Positions 60,700 to 64,000 of a stretch of 64,000 bases of DNA are shown here, in pieces. This stretch comes from Felis catus (taxonomy: Eukaryota), in NCBI RefSeq assembly GCF_018350175.1, contig NC_058369.1, forward strand, positions 25,422,001 to 25,486,000, read 5' to 3'. Position 1 is the first letter of the stretch; each line of letters begins with the position of its first letter. The position numbers and the translations under genes are program-made. The notes under the pieces are model-generated. The model had not been told where the DNA came from and searched no databases. It saw only the letters and a program-made list of their open reading frames with translations.

Positions 60700-62060
60700 C
60701 CTAGTACTGGTAGATAAAACAGGGCATTTGAAAAATACATAGGTGACATACATACATAATACATAAACATACACAGGGAAAAACAAAGAAACACAGGCAA
60801 AACTGAATTCCAGAATAATACGTATGGGAGCTGAAATGACAGCTAGCCTTGGGGAGACTGTCAGTTCTAATAAACAAGGGGGTCCTTGAGTCCATATATG
60901 GCAGGAAGCTAGAACCGAGACCCATGTATTAAGCTTAAACCCATAAAAGGCTTAGTGAAATCACAGAAAAAAATCTATGCATAAGGAGACAGGAAGGTAG
61001 TGTTTTTATTCCAGTTTTACCTCCAGCTGGGAAAAAGTCTCCTGAGAATCTGTGACCATTGGTCTATATTTCATGCCAGAATTCAGCTGTCATAGGAAGG
61101 AGGGACAGAAAGGTGAAAAAGTCCTACCCTTGAAGGCCCACATGAACAAGGATTTTCTAAGACTGAGTAAGAATCAAAATTACAGAGAACTCCCACTTTG
61201 CCCCATAACAACCCAACATGGTACACAAAAGAACAGCAATCCACCTCCAGGGAAAAAGCAAAAATGTAGAGGCACACTTTCTGTGTCATGGGCATTCATG
61301 AACAGATGAAAGTTGAAGACAAAACTAACACAGATTAAGAACACTCCAGAACTCTAACCCTCATTCTAAGCATCGACCCATGGCTAGATTAATTTAAAGT
61401 TTTTGGTCTTCTGAACTTTATCTGAGCAACAAAACCCAAAGCCAGCGCAACTCATGATTAGGCTGACTCAAATCTCTGTACTAATGTCATGATAGAAAAA
61501 GAGGAATGCTCATTTCCAGTAGTTAATACTGTTTAGCTCAGTCCCCATTGTTAGACCTATGATATCTGGCATTCAAGCAAATATTATGAGATACTTAAAT
61601 AAGCAAGGAAAAAAATGTCTAAACATTCTCAGGAGACAAAGAAATTAACAGAAACAGACTCACAGAGGACATAAATGTTGGAAATATTAGACAAGAAATT
61701 TAAAAATAACTGTGATTAAAATGTAAAAGTTACTGGAAAAGGTGGATAACATGCCTAAAGAGAAGATCTTCATCAGAGAGATGAAATTATAAGAAAGAGT
61801 TAAATGGAAACACTAGAAATAAAAAAATATGATGTCAAATCTAAATATTTCCTTTCATGGGCTGTATGTAGTGGACTCAGCAGAACCAGACAGTTTTATA
61901 GAAGTTACCTAGACTGAAACTCAAAAAGAAAAAAAGTGGCTAAAACCAAAACAGAGCATCCCATAGCTTTGGGACAATATCAAAAAGACTTACAAACATA
62001 AGTAATCCCAGAGATAAGAGAGAGAGAAAATGAAATAGATCTGAGAAACTCAGAGAACTT
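60700..62060 (+). mobile_element. Old L1 5'/ORF1 relic
   Basis: A-rich ORF1-like sequence (agacaagaaatttaaaaataactgtgatt...ctttgggacaatatcaaaa). Confidence 0.55.
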
Positions 62061-62079
62061 CAGAAAGAATACCAAGATG

Positions 62080-62081
<2 letters not shown>

Positions 62082-62133
<52 letters not shown>
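62082..62133. repeat. (CT)n microsatellite
   Basis: Direct reading. Confidence 0.95.
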
Positions 62134-62141
<8 letters not shown>

Positions 62142-62630
62142 TGATGCAGGAAAAAAGCCTCTGTGGCCACTTATATTGGTGGCATCAAGGGTGACAGCCA
62201 TAGATGACTATCCTGGGCTCAAGTGGCAAGAAGCAAAGTCTGAGCTATGAGGAAGGAGATTAATCCTTTAAAAGTACCCAATCCATGACCAGCTCTTCTG
62301 CAAATAACAGATAAAAAGGGTAACTCCATTAGAAAATTACTTTATTAGAAAAGTCAACTTTCTGCCAGAAAATGACAGATTGTTTTCCTCAATTTACATA
62401 CAACCCTGAAATCTCTAGTTTCCTTGAATTTCAATTAAGACATAGATATACCAACAGCATTTTCTGAATTACAATTTAAAAAATCTGAATAACCACCCAT
62501 GCATTGAAAACAGTTCTAAAACAGAACTATAAAGACTTGGGGTCTAATATTCTGTTAAGTAGAATTTTCCCTGCTCTGCCAGAGAACACATGTTTTTAAT
62601 AACTATACTTTCTCAGATTATAATACATTT

Positions 62631-62849
62631 TTTTAAAATTTTTTTTCAACGTTTATTTATTTTTGGGACAGAGCGAGACAGAGCATGAACGGGGGAGGGG
62701 CAGAGAGAGAGGGAGACACAGAATCGGAAACAGGCTCCAGGCTCCGAGCCATCAGCCCAGAGCCCGACGCGGGGCTCGAACTCACGGACCGCGAGATCGT
62801 GACCTGGCTGAAGTCGGACGCTTAACCGACTGCGCCACCCAGGCGCCCC
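62631..62849 (-). mobile_element. Young Felidae Can-SINE
   Basis: TSD agattataatacattt at 62615-62630 and 62850-62865. Confidence 0.95.
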
Positions 62850-64000
62850 AGATTATAATACATTTACTAATTTGTCTAGAAGTTTCAACCTAAGGATGTT
62901 CATGCTCAGGTAAACTTTGAGTGGATAAACACCAAAAAAATGATCACTCACATCCTTATTTTGTTAAAACGATACTGTCAACGTAAAGGAGACTTAGATG
63001 TCTTGAAGTATCTAGTAGGGTTTCCAAAGAATATAACAAACAGTAACTCAGACTTTCACAATGTAAGATTTCCTTATATATATACCTCATATTCCACAAG
63101 ATGACTGAAATTTCCCTTACAGTTTTAAAGGTAGTAAATGTGATACCCTATCCCACATTTCACTTAACATAGTAATCAAGAACAAGGATTTGGAAGTTAA
63201 ATTGTCTGGGTTAAAATTCTGGCTCCACCATTTATTAGTTCAGTTATCTTACTAAATTTCAAATTATTAAATCACTCTAGGCCTCAATTTCTCATCTGTA
63301 AGATGGAATAACAATAATGTCAATTCATAGGAATTTGTGAGAATACAGGACACTTACAGCAGTACCTCATGAATATAAGAGCTCAACAGTATTTATCACA
63401 GTATGTTTGAGATATAGTCCCATGAAAAGACTAAAAATGAGGTGATAACATGAATAAATAATCATTTATAGGAAATGAATTCTCAGATATGAATTCTTGT
63501 TCAAGTTTTTCAAAGTGAGATAAATAAAAGGATAATAAAACCATTTGAAAAGTTGATATAGTTATTACACTATCAATGATAGCAACTGAAAAAAGATATC
63601 CATGAAGTGGCACAAATTATCAAGTTATAGTATCTTAAAAACAGGTAGAAATACCCAGTAAAAATAAATACATTTAATAGCCAAAACTCCAAAGAGCCGA
63701 GGTGTCCATCAACAGGAGAATGCATGGTGATATAGTCATATGATGGAATATTACTCAGCAACAAAAAAAAAAAAAATAGGAATGTTATGCTTTGTGGAAG
63801 AAGCCTTACACAAGAGTACCTACAGTATGTTCTGTTTATATGAAGTTCTAGAACAGGCAAAACTAGCCTGTGGTGGAAGATAATCAGAATAATTTCCTAC
63901 TGTGGGGTGAGAGTAGAGACTTACTGGGAAGGGACATAAGAGAACTTCCTGGATGTTAGTCATGTCCTGTATCTGTACCAAGTGTACATTTTTGTTGGAA

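Noticed and set aside
62440..62580. Possible next upstream DNAH12 exon (expected to end near ...FSIDNG...RRW)
   Set aside because: No dynein-like open frame or phase-compatible donor found here or elsewhere in 56790-64000; the exon is probably outside the window.

Overview
AT-rich mammalian genomic DNA, almost certainly from a felid, judged by about 55 tRNA-derived Can-SINEs that include very young Felidae-type copies. The window holds the 3' part of an axonemal dynein heavy chain gene on the minus strand, which I recognise as DNAH12. I traced 19 coding exons by hand (56789 down to the TAA stop at 2176-2178). All have GT-AG boundaries and splice into one open frame of 1040 codons covering AAA5, AAA6, the lid and the C-terminal domain. 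The next upstream exon lies outside the window. The introns are mostly interspersed repeats: SINEs, stacked LINE-1s, MaLR/ERV LTRs, Tigger2-type and MER20 DNA transposons, MIR and microsatellites. The most notable object is a full-length, nearly intact 7SK snRNA retrocopy (31915-32244, minus) with a poly(A) tail and target-site duplication (TSD), nested in the inverted arm of a twin-primed L1. The first 600 bp may contain the promoter and non-coding first exon of ASB14, inferred from human synteny only. I found no convincing novel biological system. Repeat subfamily names are from memory and repeat boundaries are approximate.
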